From: Chiloscyllium plagiosum
Taxonomy: Eukaryota
Direction: 5' to 3'
Assembly: GCF_004010195.1 (NCBI RefSeq)
Contig: NC_057728.1
Span: forward strand, 41,892,844-41,956,843
Length of the DNA: 64,000 nucleotides
Below are positions 13,460 through 26,544 of this stretch, piece by piece. Both the position numbers and the translations under genes were made by a program. The notes beneath the pieces are model-generated. The model was not told the DNA's origin. It was given only the letters and a program-made list of their open reading frames with translations, and searched no databases. Position 1 is the first letter of the stretch, and each line of letters opens with the position of its first letter.

Positions 13460-14130
13460 TTTGATTCTGATTTGATTTATTTTTGTCACATACCGAAGTA
13501 CAGCGAAAATTTTTGTTTTGCATGCAGTTCAGCAGATCATACCAGACAAAGACACAGAGACCATACGGTGATTGAACAGAGTGAGGAATACAAAGTTGCA
13601 ACTGCAAAGAAGATGTACAAAAAGCAAGATCAACATTAGGTTTGAAATTTGAATGGTCCATTCAGAAGTCTAATAATGGCTGGGAAGAAGCTGTTCTTAA
13701 ACCTGCTGGTATATGTGTTTAATCTTTTGTATCTTCTGCCTAATGGAAGAGCTTATAACTGGGGTGAGAGGAGTCTTTGATGTTGGTTGCCTCTCTGCAG
13801 CAATGAGCAGCGTAGTTTGACTCTATAGATGGAAGGTTGGCTTGCGAGATGGTCTGGGCTGTGTTCACAACTTTCTGTAGTTTCTCATGGTCCTGGACAG
13901 AGCAGATGCTGTACCAAGCTGTGATGCATCCAGATAGAATGCTTTCTATGGTGCATCTATAAAGTTTGGTGAGAGTCCTTATGGAGATGCTGAATTTCAT
14001 TAGCCTCCTGAGGAAGGAGGTATTGTTGTGCTTTCTTGACCATCGCATTTACGTGGGTGGTCCAGGTCAGATTGTTAATGATCGTCACTCCAAGAAACCT
14101 GATGCTCTTGACCATATCCACCTGTAGATA
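13460..14130 (-). mobile_element. Rex1/Babar-like LINE 3' fragment
   Basis: ORF 13740..14048 FLRRLMKF...LTKLYRCTIESILSGCITAWY, typical of the Rex1/Babar ORF2 C-terminus; short (aatca)-type tail. Confidence 0.8.
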
Positions 14131-14229
14131 GGGGCATATTTGGTAGATTTGCTCTGCTATGCACGTTAGGTATCACACATTCTTTGTGTTTATTGACTGA
14201 GGCATAGTACTGAAATGGGAGTAAAATGT

Positions 14230-14475
14230 CATGTTCACCAAATCCATCTAACCTACACATCCTTGGACACTTTGGACAACTTAGCATGGCCAATTCACCT
14301 AAACTGCACATCTTTGGACTATGGAAGGAAACTAGAAAACCCAGAGGAAACCCCTGCAGACACAGGGAGAATGTGCAAACTCCACACAGACAGACATTTG
14401 CCCAAGGCTAGAATTGAACCCAGGTCACTGACGCTGTGAGGCAGCAGTGCTAACCACTGAACCATTGTGCCGCCT
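14230..14475 (-). mobile_element. HE1-like SINE
   Basis: Reverse complement of the HE1 head (gtgaggcagcagtgctaaccactga) and central domain. Confidence 0.9.
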
Positions 14476-15304
14476 CTGGCTAAGAAAACAAGCCTGAGGT
14501 CCCTCACACTCCAAGGACCTCCAGAGACCAACTACCTGCTCATCCAAGCACAGTCATAAGCCTGTTTATGAACATTAATGACCATCAGTTTGCAGAGACA
14601 AGCACAGAAACAGCAGACACATTTATTAGAGGCAAGTAAGCTAAATCAATGGACAGAGGAGTCATGTGTTATCCCCATACACAGGATGCTGGAAAGCCAG
14701 GCCCAGCACACTCAATATCTGCTGGATGTATCCACGAATCTACACTTTGTCACTCCAACCATAGGTGCTCAGCAACAGTGACAAGGTGCAAGAGGGACCT
14801 CTATCTCATGCAAGGTACACCCTCCTCTCAGGGAGAGAGGGTGATGCCAGCTGGCACCCACAGGAAAGAGGAAGGCACACAGCTTCCTATCAGGAGACTC
14901 CAGAGTTCCTCAGCCCCTCCTAATCTCTTATGCCTGTGAATCCCAAAGCATGCAGAAGTTCCAACCAAGGAAGGGGAGCCTGCATCTGGGCATGACGCTG
15001 AGCTCATAGGCACTAGGGATCAATCATCTAAGACATGGTAAATAACTGTTGACTTTTGTAAATATATGTTGACTTACACTTTTAAAATGCGAACTCTTCT
15101 ATAATTTTTCCTGTTAGACCTGGTTAAGTCACAGCCACAGGAGAGACAAGTAGCCATTTCAAACATTGTAAGGACATTGTAGAAGTTGTAATGGTCCAAC
15201 ATTGCTCATTTCTCAAAGCATCTGTGTTCTTGACTGCAGACAACTTCAGACACCAGGGATTTTTTGAACTGTGCACTGAAGAATGCAGGCAAGGTATTGC
15301 ACTT

Positions 15305-15830
15305 TAATATGGACAATACTGAAGGATGTGGATGATTTGGAGAGAGTACCAAAAAGATTTACCAGGATATTGCCTGGTATGGGGGATTATAGCTATGAGG
15401 AAAGGTTGGATAGACTGGGTTTGTTTTCACCGGAATACAGGAGGTTGAGGGGCGACCTTTTAGAAGTTTATAAGATTGTGAATGGCATGGATAGAGCAGA
15501 AAGTCTGAGGCTTTTTCCCAGGGTGGAGGGTCAATTACTAGGGCACAGATTCGGGGGATGGGGGGATTGGTGGTGGAGGGTGTAGTTTAAAAGAGATGTG
15601 CAAGGCATGTTTTTCACACAAAGGGTGATGAGTGCCTGGAACGCTCTGCCAGAGTTAGTGGAAGCAGACACAATAGCAGCATTCAAGAAGTACCTGGATG
15701 AATACATGAACTGGAACACAATAGAGGGATACAGATCCTGTAAGTGAAGACGGTTTTAGAATGGAAGGCAAAATTTTTCGGCGCAGCCTTGGTGGGCTGA
15801 GGGCCTGCCCTTGTGCTGTTTTTTTCTTTG
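15305..15830 (+). mobile_element. CR1/HER1-like LINE 3' fragment
   Basis: KDVDDLERVPKRFTRILPGM..YSYEERLDRLGLFS...RRLRGDLLEVYKI. Confidence 0.9.
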
Positions 15831-15869
15831 TAATACTGCAGTTGTTTAGGACCTAGCCTGCACACATGA

Positions 15870-16800
15870 TTCCAGAGTTAGACCCACTTTGTAAGGTAAC
15901 AATACAGAATTGGTGATGACTCCACATATCTCAACAGTCAAAGGTTCATTCTGTGTATCAGAATTTCAAGGAAGTGCACTGCCTTTCAGTGCTGGGAGAT
16001 GTACAATGAGCAGCTCCCGTGTCCATGGCTTCTTAGTGGTTTGGACTGCCAAGAAATGCTGCATTATGCATTAGATCTCACTGTCCTACAGATGCTCATG
16101 CATTTCAGTGAATGCACACAAAAACATGGATGGGTTAATGATGATGGAAGGTCAAAGGTTGATTTTTCAGGATTCCCCTCATCCTGTTAGCCATCAGAAA
16201 TTTCCTAAACAACATTCAATATGATATCCTGATGGATTCCTGAACAGCCAACTATTGGTCTCAGGAGATGTTAGTGCAGACTTCTGCTGCCCAAACTGCT
16301 TGACTCTCTTTGTCATGGAGGAAGGATATGAACACCTTTCATCGTAAGAAAAGGCATCAGTTACATCCTGGGTGTATTTATGATTTGAGGATTGAGAGAT
16401 GCCACATAGATCCCCAATTATACCTTAAGTAAGTCGCTGGTGGAAAAGCTCATTGCTAAACTATTGACAGTGACTTGGATGGGATTTCCACCCAGTCCTT
16501 TAAAAGGCAAGTCTTCCTTCAGTAAATTACACCATTATGAGCTGATGAGCCAGCATATTTTTAAACTGGTGCCTACACTCTTATTCAGACAGATGAAGAA
16601 GTCAGAGGCCAATAGATATGGGGTCTCAATACTTTCCTCCAATTGTTCCTTACAGAATCATTATTTGCTGCTTCTCCCCCTGGAGGCTGTATGGAAGCAG
16701 CTGTAAGTCACTCCATCTGCTGACAGAGTTGTGATTATTGGCTCTTGAGGAGCATCAAGTCTGCATAACTGCAGAAATGGACCTCTGCTGGTAAGATCCT
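15870..16800 (-). mobile_element. Harbinger transposase remnant
   Basis: Minus-strand 16353-16416 reads GDLCGISQSSNHKYTQDVTDA, matching the Harbinger GD..GISQSS....V..VTDAL pattern. Extent is approximate. Confidence 0.55.
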
Positions 16801-16824
16801 TGTGCAATACTCTGCGGGGAATAG

Positions 16825-18255
16825 TGTCATAGAGTCATACAGCACAGACACAGACCCTTTGATCCAACTCATCCATGTCAACCAGACATACCAATTCAGT
16901 CTAGTCCCATTTGCCAGCACTTGACCCATAACCTTGCAAACCCTTCCTATTCATATACACATTTAGGTGCCTTTTAAATGTTGTAATTGTACCAGCCTCC
17001 ACCGCTTCCTCTGGCAGTTCATTCCATACTTGCACCATCCTCTGTGTGAAAATGTTACCCCTCAAATCCTTTTTAAATCTTTCCCCTCTCACCTTAAACC
17101 TATGCCTTCTAGTTTTGGACTCCCCCACCCCAGAAAAAAAGACCTTGGCTATTCACCCTATCGATTTTATCTAGAAGGTCACCCTCAGTCTCCAATGCTC
17201 CAGGGAAAAAAAAGCCACACCTATTCAGCTTCCCCACCCTCAAAGCTCAAACCCTCCAGTCCTGGCAACATCCTTGTAAAGCTTTTCTGCACCCTCTCAA
17301 GTTTAACCACAACCTTCCTGTAGAAGGGCCTTCAGAACTGTGTGAATATTCCAAAAGTGGCCTCACCAATGTCTTGTACAGCCACAACATGACATCCCAA
17401 CTCCTGTACTCAATGTTATGACCAATGAAGGCAACCGTGCCAAATGCCTTCTTTATCACCTATCTACCTGTATCTCTTCTTTCAAGGAATTATGCACCTG
17501 TTTGACCCTAGGTCTCTTTGTTTCGCAACACTCCCCAGGGCCCTACCATTTACTGTCTCAGTCCTGCCCTTGTTTGCCTTTCCAAAATGCAACACCTCAC
17601 ATTTATCTAAATTTAACTCCATTTGCCACTCCTCAGTCCATTGACCCACCTGATCAAGGTCCTATTGTACTCTGAGGTAATCTTCTTCACTGTCCACTTC
17701 ACCACTATTTTGGTGCCATTTGCAAACTTACTAACAATACCTCCTATTCAAACCATTTGAAAAGCAGTGTTTCCAGCTCTGATCCTTGTGACACACTGTT
17801 GGTCGTAGGCCTCCAGTCCAAAAAATATCCCTCCACCACCCTCTGTCTCCTACTTTCAAGTCAATTTTGTATTCAATTGGCTAGTTTCCCTGGATCCCAT
17901 GTGATCCAACCTTACTAACCAGTCTATGATGCAGAACCTTATCGAATGCTTTACTGAAATCCATATAGATAACATCTACCGCTCTGATTTCATCATTCTT
18001 CTTTGTCGCCTCTTCAAAATAGTCAATCAAGTTAGTGAGACATGATTTCCAATACACAAAGCTACATTGATGATCCCTAATCAGTCCTTGCCTTTCCAAA
18101 TACATATAAATCCTATCTCTCAGAATCCCCTCCAATAACTTACCCACTGCTGACATAAGGCTCACTGATCTATAGTTCCCTGGCTTGACCTTACCAACTT
18201 TTTAAAATAATGGCACCACATTAGCTAACCTCCAGTCTTCTGGCACCTCATTCAT
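16825..18255 (-). mobile_element. CR1/HER1-like LINE (RT to 3' end)
   Basis: GKLLEGILRDRIY...KSCLTNLIDYFEE...AVDVIYMDFSKAFDKV; LYKTLVRPLLEY; tail gactctatgac. Confidence 0.93.
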
Positions 18256-20041
18256 GTCAGACAGATAATGCAATTCTGTTGATAAAACACCTTGAGCCCT
18301 CACGTCTATCACAATGAAGTCTCATGTTATGCCTGGCAAAGTTGGTGTGGAGGTTTCCCAGAGAGGTTGATGTCATGTCCTCTTTAGAAAATCTAAGGTA
18401 TGTGACCTTATTCAACTGGATGTTGCACAATTAAAGTTTTGCTACATCATTGGGAGCAGAAGTCTGCCAGTAAGCCACTGTGACAGTGACAAACAAACTT
18501 TTAAGTGCCTTGTTCCCATGACAGTAGCTTAGCTGATATGGCTATGGGCCTAATGCAGGAAGGCAGGACCAGTGGAAGTAGTCATATATTTCTGGCAGGA
18601 CAGACTTGATGGGTCAAAGGGCATCTTCTGTACTGTAGGTTTTCTGACAAGGAGGCAGTTAATGCACACAATCCAATGGTCATTATGGCTTGAGGCCCAT
18701 AATTTTTCATCTCCATTTCTGGACAATGAATTGCTGATGAAGTGTAAATTGAAACCAGATGAGTGGTATCATTGAATTAGTGGAGGCATGAGTACTGTAT
18801 TTGCCTCCAGCAGGGCCTCCATTTCCAAACGTTTTACGCTGCCCAAAGGGGAAAAAAAAATCACAACTTACTCTGCTCGCTTTGCACCAAGTGTCAGCTG
18901 TTTTGTGCAGTTATTACGCAGTTGACTTTTGATCCGACTTGTCAAAGTTCCAGATCCATTTTGGAGCAAGTGACGTGCAGGCTGTGCTTATGAGGCACAC
19001 ATTTCCCGCCTCCTTCATGTAACTGTCCCGGTGGCCTCTTTGACCTTTCAGCCTCCCTGCATTTCCACTGAGCCTTTTCACATTAAGGTCCCCACTTTAC
19101 CCCCCCACCCCCCCACCCCGAGCTAACAAGTTGGAAATTCCCTTACCTTTTTAGGCCCTATACCCTCCACTTGTAGAGGCCAGAGTTCCTGTGACCTACA
19201 TGAACTGACACTTTCCCTTCCACCTCTTTCTGGAACTCTGAGTTCCCTCCTATTCATAATGAGGACCCACCTTACTGTTGCCCACTATCACTGTCACCAT
19301 TCCCTCAGTGACCCAGTATAAATGCAACTCACCCAGACTTGCGTTGCCTGTTTTGTCTGAGACTCCATGGGCTCTGCCCTGACCATTAATGAGCAGACAT
19401 CCAAGCCTGACTGTTAACCACTAAATCAGACTGAATTGACAGGACAGTCCCAATCGACCCTGGTCTAAGTCTCTCATACTGGTATCTCAACAGTACCCTG
19501 ACTAATCCACCTGCAATCTCTCGACTGCATGCACTTAACCTGCAGCCTGTCCATGGTTCAATCCCTGGATTGCAAGGACAGAGGGGATCCAAATGCTTGA
19601 TTGAATGGGGCAAACCTCCTGGATTGGAATAGGTTGAACCACTTAATTACTTGTGGCAATACTTCTGACTGACTGTAGTCTCCTTTCTCCCTAGTAAGGA
19701 TGTTTACCTTGCCTTTCACACATTGCCATGTGCTTTAAGCATTTGCAACGTGTTTGTAGACATGTGTTCGGATCTGAAGATGACAAAGCACAGTGCCACA
19801 GTGATATGTCCAGTCCGTCAGGCTCCCACTGTGACGAGGTGTATGCCTCTCCCACTGCATTAAAATGCGATGCAAGCTACAGAGGCTGGCTGCCTGTAAC
19901 TGAATACTAAAGTAAGAAAACAATGGAAGCCACATAGAGGCTGGTAATCGATAACTCAGTGTTGAAGTGGGTGTGAGCTACAAAAGTAAGGTGCGGCATA
20001 CAAAGGCTGGCAGCAACCATAAAACACTAAAGTGAGCAAGC

Positions 20042-20375
20042 ATTAGAATCCCGACAGTATGGAAGTAGGCCATTCCTCCCAAAAAGTCCACACTGACTCT
20101 CTGAAGAGCATCCCACTCAGACCCAGCCCCTTACCTTATTCCTGCATCTCCTATGGCTAATGCACCAAGCCTGCACATCCTGGACACTATGGGTAATTTA
20201 GCATGACCAATCCGCCTAACCTGCACATCTTTGCACTGTGGAAGGAGCCCGGAGCACCTGGAGGATACCCACACAGACACGGGGAGAATGTGCAAATTTC
20301 ACACAGACAGACAGTCACCCGAGGGTCTGATGCTGTGAGGCAGCAGTTCTAACCACTGAGTCACCGTGCTGCCCC
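20042..20375 (-). mobile_element. HE1-like SINE
   Basis: Head, central domain and tail all recognisable on the minus strand. Confidence 0.9.
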
Positions 20376-22070
20376 TATTTTAATTAGTAGGAGACAGAAT
20401 CAAAGCAAGCTAAGCGCCATTAGATCCCTCTTGTGCAGATTCAGGAGATATAGAGTTAGCAGAAATATGCAAGTGTTAGGTATCCCTGAGGTCCAAAGTA
20501 GAGCACTGAAGTACTAACATGGTGCCTGAATTGATCTGATGCAGTTATGATGATGTCATGAGGCTGACGCCAACTTGTATGGACAATGAGTCAAGGAGAA
20601 CGATGACCATGGAGAATGCAGGGGCATTGTGATGAAGAAGCAGTTGGATGCTAACTGGGACAAGTGTTTGGCCAGCTGCCCACTCTGACTTACATGTCTG
20701 GAATTTGTGCTGTCCTGTTTCTCAAGAAAGAGAGGAGAATTGGCTAAGCTGAGGCTATAACAATACAAACATATGGAAATAAGATGGTTGTCACTCAATG
20801 GCAAGATTCTGAAGCCTCCATTTGTAGTTACATCACAATGTTGAGAATCTATTTTTTTTTTCATTTTCTCTACATTTCCCTACAGTCCTCATCATTATAC
20901 ACATCATGCCAGCAAGGAGAAAATTCTGCTCAATGCTTTATACTAGTTAGTTGGCTTTTAGGAACAACTATAAAAGAAACAGTGCAGTATATCTAAAGTT
21001 AGACCACTTCCAGACAGCTGATCAACAGAAACATTATAGTACAAATCTGGATAAATTTTGCTCCTGCCTAAAGCATCAGAAACATAATACAAGTACACAA
21101 GATAGTTGGATACCTCCCATATGAAATGAGGACTAAAAATAAATCCCAATAGCACAGAAGTTGAATGTGGTCAAACAATTCAATGATGCTAACAAGGATG
21201 AACCTAATTTCTGAATTACTTAACTTCTTCCTTCATCTGCCTAAAATTCATGACATCAATTTTGAACTGTCTGCTCAGTGAACCAGAAGTACCTACAGCA
21301 TTGCTCAACACGTAAGACCAAAAAGCAGTTAAATGAATTAAATGCTGAATGTTTCTCTTACTTAATATCTTGTATTTTTAGTGGATGAAAAGAATCCCTT
21401 GGTCATTTTGCAGCCATTGTTGTTTGTATAAATGGGTTCATAATGTGACTTGCTTTGAACTATCACCAGAAATGGTTCCTAACAATTCATACACACTCTT
21501 GATGCAACTACTGAAATAGTAACATCTATTAATCTTTTTTCTCTGTATTTAGAAAGAAAGAATGTTTGAAACAAAGTACAAAAATAAAATAAATTGAGAT
21601 ACTTTAAAGTGCAATAATCAACTATCCGGTGTTCAATTCAGAATTAAAAGATTACACTTTCATAATTAAACATTGGCTACTATTTCATGAACAAAACAGA
21701 CCCTGGGAGGTGAGAAGTTTCAGTAGAAGTGAGCTGGATTCACTTACATCTGGCAGTCTGTTATGAAATTGCATTGACAAAAAATTATGAGATGATACTG
21801 AGTATTTTGATTTGTTTCTGCTAAACAATCAATGGTTTTTATACTGAATAAGATATTTACAACTCAGTTCTGTAGGATCACTTATGACATAATTGGTAGG
21901 CAAATATATGCAAATACAATTATAGGTAATGCATGACTGAGGCTGCAAATGGTGGAATCTTTTTATTTTAAATGTTTGAAAAAACATAAAACACTCTGAG
22001 GGGTGGTGTAGACTCAATGGGATGAATGCTAGAAAAGCACAGCAGGTCAGGCAGCATCCAAGGAGCAGGA

Positions 22071-22107
22071 GAATCGACGTTTCGGGCATGAGCCCTTCTT
22101 CAGGAAT
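22071..22107 (-). ncRNA. Minimal type I hammerhead ribozyme motif, intact core
   Basis: Minus strand: auuc CUGAAGA a GGGC ucau GCCC GAAA CG UC gauuc; palindromic ACGU helix III, GUC cleavage triplet. Confidence 0.8.
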
Positions 22108-22558
22108 GAGGAAAGCGTGCCAAACAGGCTAGGATAAAAGGTAGGGAGGAGGGACTTGGGGGAGGAGCGTTGGAAATGCAATAGGTGGAGGGAGGTTGAG
22201 GTGAGGGTGATAAGGTGAGGGTGATAGGCCGGAGTGGGGGTGGGGACGGAGAGGTCAGGAAGAAGATTGCAGGTTAGGAAGGTGGTGCTGAGTTCGAGGG
22301 TTGGGACTGAGACAAGGTGGGGGGAGGGGAAATGAGGAAACAGGAGAAATCTGAGCCCCACGAACCATGCAGCCTCCGCGATCGCAGCCCAGGCAACCGC
22401 CCCCATGATCGCCAGGAAGACCATCGCCGACAGATTCGCGGCCTCCGCGGGGTCCACGGCTATTGGGAACAACACCATTTCTGCCGTCGCCACAGCCACT
22501 TCCGCCCCAATGACATCACTCACCTGCACAACGTTCACACCGCATGCGTCTCCGCCAC

Positions 22559-22810
22559 CACGCCTAACCCCGCCCCCACGCCGATATCTGTCCCCACGCC
22601 GATCCCCGTCCGCACGCCGATCCCTACCCCCGCTCCGATCTTTGTCCCCGCCCCAATTCCCGCCCGCACGCTGATCTCCGTCTGCACGCCTAACCCCGCC
22701 CCCAAGCCGATATCCGTCCCCACGCCGATCCCCGTCCCCACACCGATCCTACCCCCGCTCTGATCTCTGTCCCCGCCCCGGTTCCCGCCCCCACGCTGGT
22801 CTCCGTCTGC
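22559..22810 (+). repeat. GC-rich 18-bp minisatellite organised as 126-bp higher-order repeats, running into the gap
   Basis: Units begin cacgcctaacccc at 22559 and 22685 (period 126 = 7x18); translates as TPNPAP-TPISVP-TPIPV... Confidence 0.85.
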
Positions 22811-23733
22811 NNNNNNNNNNNNNNNNNNNNNNNNNNNNNNNNNNNNNNNNNNNNNNNNNNNNNNNNNNNNNNNNNNNNNNNNNNNNNNNNNNNNNNNNNN
22901 NNNNNNNNNNNNNNNNNNNNNNNNNNNNNNNNNNNNNNNNNNNNNNNNNNNNNNNNNNNNNNNNNNNNNNNNNNNNNNNNNNNNNNNNNNNNNNNNNNNN
23001 NNNNNNNNNNNNNNNNNNNNNNNNNNNNNNNNNNNNNNNNNNNNNNNNNNNNNNNNNNNNNNNNNNNNNNNNNNNNNNNNNNNNNNNNNNNNNNNNNNNN
23101 NNNNNNNNNNNNNNNNNNNNNNNNNNNNNNNNNNNNNNNNNNNNNNNNNNNNNNNNNNNNNNNNNNNNNNNNNNNNNNNNNNNNNNNNNNNNNNNNNNNN
23201 NNNNNNNNNNNNNNNNNNNNNNNNNNNNNNNNNNNNNNNNNNNNNNNNNNNNNNNNNNNNNNNNNNNNNNNNNNNNNNNNNNNNNNNNNNNNNNNNNNNN
23301 NNNNNNNNNNNNNNNNNNNNNNNNNNNNNNNNNNNNNNNNNNNNNNNNNNNNNNNNNNNNNNNNNNNNNNNNNNNNNNNNNNNNNNNNNNNNNNNNNNNN
23401 NNNNNNNNNNNNNNNNNNNNNNNNNNNNNNNNNNNNNNNNNNNNNNNNNNNNNNNNNNNNNNNNNNNNNNNNNNNNNNNNNNNNNNNNNNNNNNNNNNNN
23501 NNNNNNNNNNNNNNNNNNNNNNNNNNNNNNNNNNNNNNNNNNNNNNNNNNNNNNNNNNNNNNNNNNNNNNNNNNNNNNNNNNNNNNNNNNNNNNNNNNNN
23601 NNNNNNNNNNNNNNNNNNNNNNNNNNNNNNNNNNNNNNNNNNNNNNNNNNNNNNNNNNNNNNNNNNNNNNNNNNNNNNNNNNNNNNNNNNNNNNNNNNNN
23701 NNNNNNNNNNNNNNNNNNNNNNNNNNNNNNNNN
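22811..23733. other. Assembly gap (923 N)
   Basis: Run of N characters. Confidence 1.
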
Positions 23734-26544
23734 ACCTTGGATGACGAGAGCAGTGGAGCTTCTCGTCAAAAGGAAAAAGGTAGCTTACATAAGGTGGAGG
23801 TAGCTAGGGTCAAGCTCAGCTCCTTCGACTGACTGAACTGGTCCTCACTCTGAACAACTTCTCTTTCCAATCCTCCCACTTCCTCCAAACCAAAGGAGTA
23901 GCCATGGGCACCCACATGGGCCCCAGCTATGCCTGCCTCTTCGTAGGATATGTGGAACAGCCCATCTTCCGCAGCTACACTGGCTCCACCCCCCACCATT
24001 TCCTCTGCTACATCGATGACTGTATCGGCGCTGCCTCGTGCTCCCACGAGGAGGTTGAACAGTTCATCCACTTTACAACACCTTCCACCCTGACCTCAAA
24101 TTTACCTGGATCGTCTCAGACTCCTCCCTCCCCTTCCTAGACCTCTCTATTTCTATCTCGGGCAATCGAATCAACACGGACATTTACTATAAACCGACCG
24201 ACTCCCACAGCTACCTAGACTACACCTCCTCCCACCCTGCCCACTGTAAAAATGCCATCCCATATTCCCAATTCCTTAGTCTCTGCCGCATCAGCTCCCA
24301 GGAGGAGTAGTTCCAATACCGAACAACCCAGATGGCCTCCTTCTTCAAAGATCGCAATTTCCCCCCAGATGTGATTGACGATGCTCTCCACCGAATCTCC
24401 TCCACTTCCCGCTCCTCCGCCCTTGACTCCCGCCCCTCCAATCGCCACCAGGACAGAACCCCACTGGTCCTCACCTACCACCCCACCAACTTCCATATAC
24501 ATTGTATCATCCGTCGTCATTTACGCCACCTCCAAACGGATCCCACCACCAGGGATATATTTCCCTCCCCTCCCCTATCAGTCTTCTGAAAACACCAATC
24601 CCTCTGCGACTCCCTCGTCAGGTCCACACCCCCCACCAACCCAACCGCCACTCCCAGCACCTTCCCCTGCAACCGCAAGAAATGCAAAACTTGCGCCCAC
24701 ACCTCCCCCCTTACTTCCCTCCAAGGCCCCAAGGGATACTTCCATATCCGCCACAAATTCCCCTGCACCTCCACACACATCACCTACTGCATCCGCTGCA
24801 CCCAATGTGGCCTCCTCTATTGGGGAGACAGGCCGCCATCTTGCGGAACATTTCAGAGAATACCTCTGGGACACCCAGACTAACCAACCCAACCACCTCG
24901 TGGCTCAACACTTCAACTCCCCCTCCCACTCCATCAAGGACATGCAGGTCCTTGGACTCCTCCATCGCCAGACCATAGCAACAAGACGGCTGGAGGAAGA
25001 GCGCCTCATCTTCCGCCTAGGAACCCTCCAACCACAAGGGATGAACTCAGATTTCTCCAGTTTCCTCATTTCCCCTCCCCCCACCTTGTCTCAGTCCCAA
25101 CCCTCGAACTCAGCACCACCTTCCTAACCTGCAATCTTCTTCCTGACCTCTCCGCCCCCAACCCCACTCTGGCCTATCACCCTCACCTTAACCTCCTTCC
25201 ACCTATCGCATTTCCAACGCCCCTCCCCCAAGTCCCTCCTCCCTACCTTTTATCTTAGCCTGCTTGGCACACTTTCCTCATTCCTAAAGAAGGGCTCATG
25301 CCCGAAATGTCGATTCTCCTGCTCCTTGGATGCTGCCTGACCTGCTGCACTTTTCCAGCGACACATTTTCAGCTCTGATCTCCAGCATCTGCAGTCCTCA
25401 CTTTCTCCTCAATGGGCTGAATGGCCTGCTTCCACACTGCAAGGATTCTATGAAAACCTATCCTAGCAATTTGCTAGACTGATAGCATTTACCATGTATA
25501 TAAATGAAAACAAAACATGGGACATCTGAAAATTAAGGAGCGGAGGCAGGACAGAATCTTGTCTATACATTCCATTTCACTCATTTCTCGCAGCAAAGTA
25601 TTTAATGGATATTTAAAGGTCAGAGTTTTTTGCTTTAAAATATCTGTAAACCCAGTGCATATAACTCATTTATAAAGTTTTTAAACTGAAAATTTGATAT
25701 ATTTTTCAAATTTAGCAATGAATTGTAAATCGTAGCATGCAAGCGTATGAATATTAGTTCACCCAACTTCAAAGGAACAAAACAAAACCCAAGTTTTCTT
25801 TTTGACTCACGCACTGTAAATGTTAGCAATTTTTTTTGTTAACATATAGGAAGCTATAACTTAAGGCAAATTAATTAATGCCTTATATCATTGTGGAACA
25901 TCTTAAATTGAACCATTAAATTTCCACTTTTATCTTATTAGTCAAACATGGGTGATATGATAGAAAGAATGACCCTTGATTTTAACAAAGGCAAAACCAT
26001 CAACCCCAAATTTTAAGTGTGGGTTAAAGTAGGTTCCCTGTGTACTTCTCTTGCGAAAAAAAATTGCCTTGATGGCCGCCCTGCTTGATGAAACTAATGA
26101 AGATGCTGGTCTTCATGCAAAACCTATATTTTTAAAAAGCACCCTAACTTTTCATTAGAACCGTTTATCAAACCGACAAAGAAAAACTAGCATGCTAGGA
26201 TCAGAAAACTAAGGATTCTACAAATTAAGGTTGCAACAAAAATTATTCCTCTGTAATTATAGTTTTAAAAAAATGATTACAGATGTATCTGAAGCCTGTC
26301 ACAGATGTGGGTGAATCATAGTCTCAGTTTCTCTAAAGTGGGAAGGCAGTTAATAACTAAACAAGAACTGCTAAAAAGAAAACTCACTTCCACCAAATAC
26401 ATTGGAATGGCAGTCTGTCTCAGGAGTCCATACTGCAGGATCTTTTTTCCCCAAAGAAAGGCTTTAGCAAATTGTTTGAAACATTACTGTTAAATCAGGT
26501 GATTTGGTATAGCCACAATGAACGTGAACTGCAGGCAGTCTATG

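Larger units (their letters stand above)
22029..25407 (+). mobile_element. Neptune-like PLE (family A): RT plus GIY-YIG endonuclease, with an inverted copy of its 3' terminal repeat at the 5' side (22029-22353); spans an assembly gap
   Basis: RT LTLNNFSF..HFLQTKGVAMGTHMGPSYACLF...YIDD; Cys linker PCNRKKCKTC; GIY-YIG-like YCIRCTQCG..IGETGR..EHF. Stops and frameshifts present. Flanked by a 16-bp duplication ctcaatggg(a/c)tgaatg at 22013-22028 and 25408-25423. Confidence 0.92.

Noticed and set aside
19300..19700. Possible solo LTR or endogenous viral fragment
   Set aside because: No partner LTR, TSD or coding motif that I could support.
22559..22810. CRISPR-like array
   Set aside because: Contiguous degenerate tandem units with no unique spacers, in a eukaryotic context.
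22690..23769. 359-aa ORF
   Set aside because: Artefact of translating through the N gap.
24375..25127. 250-aa Pro-rich ORF as a novel gene
   Set aside because: Off-frame reading of the C-rich PLE that joins the true GIY-YIG frame after a frameshift.
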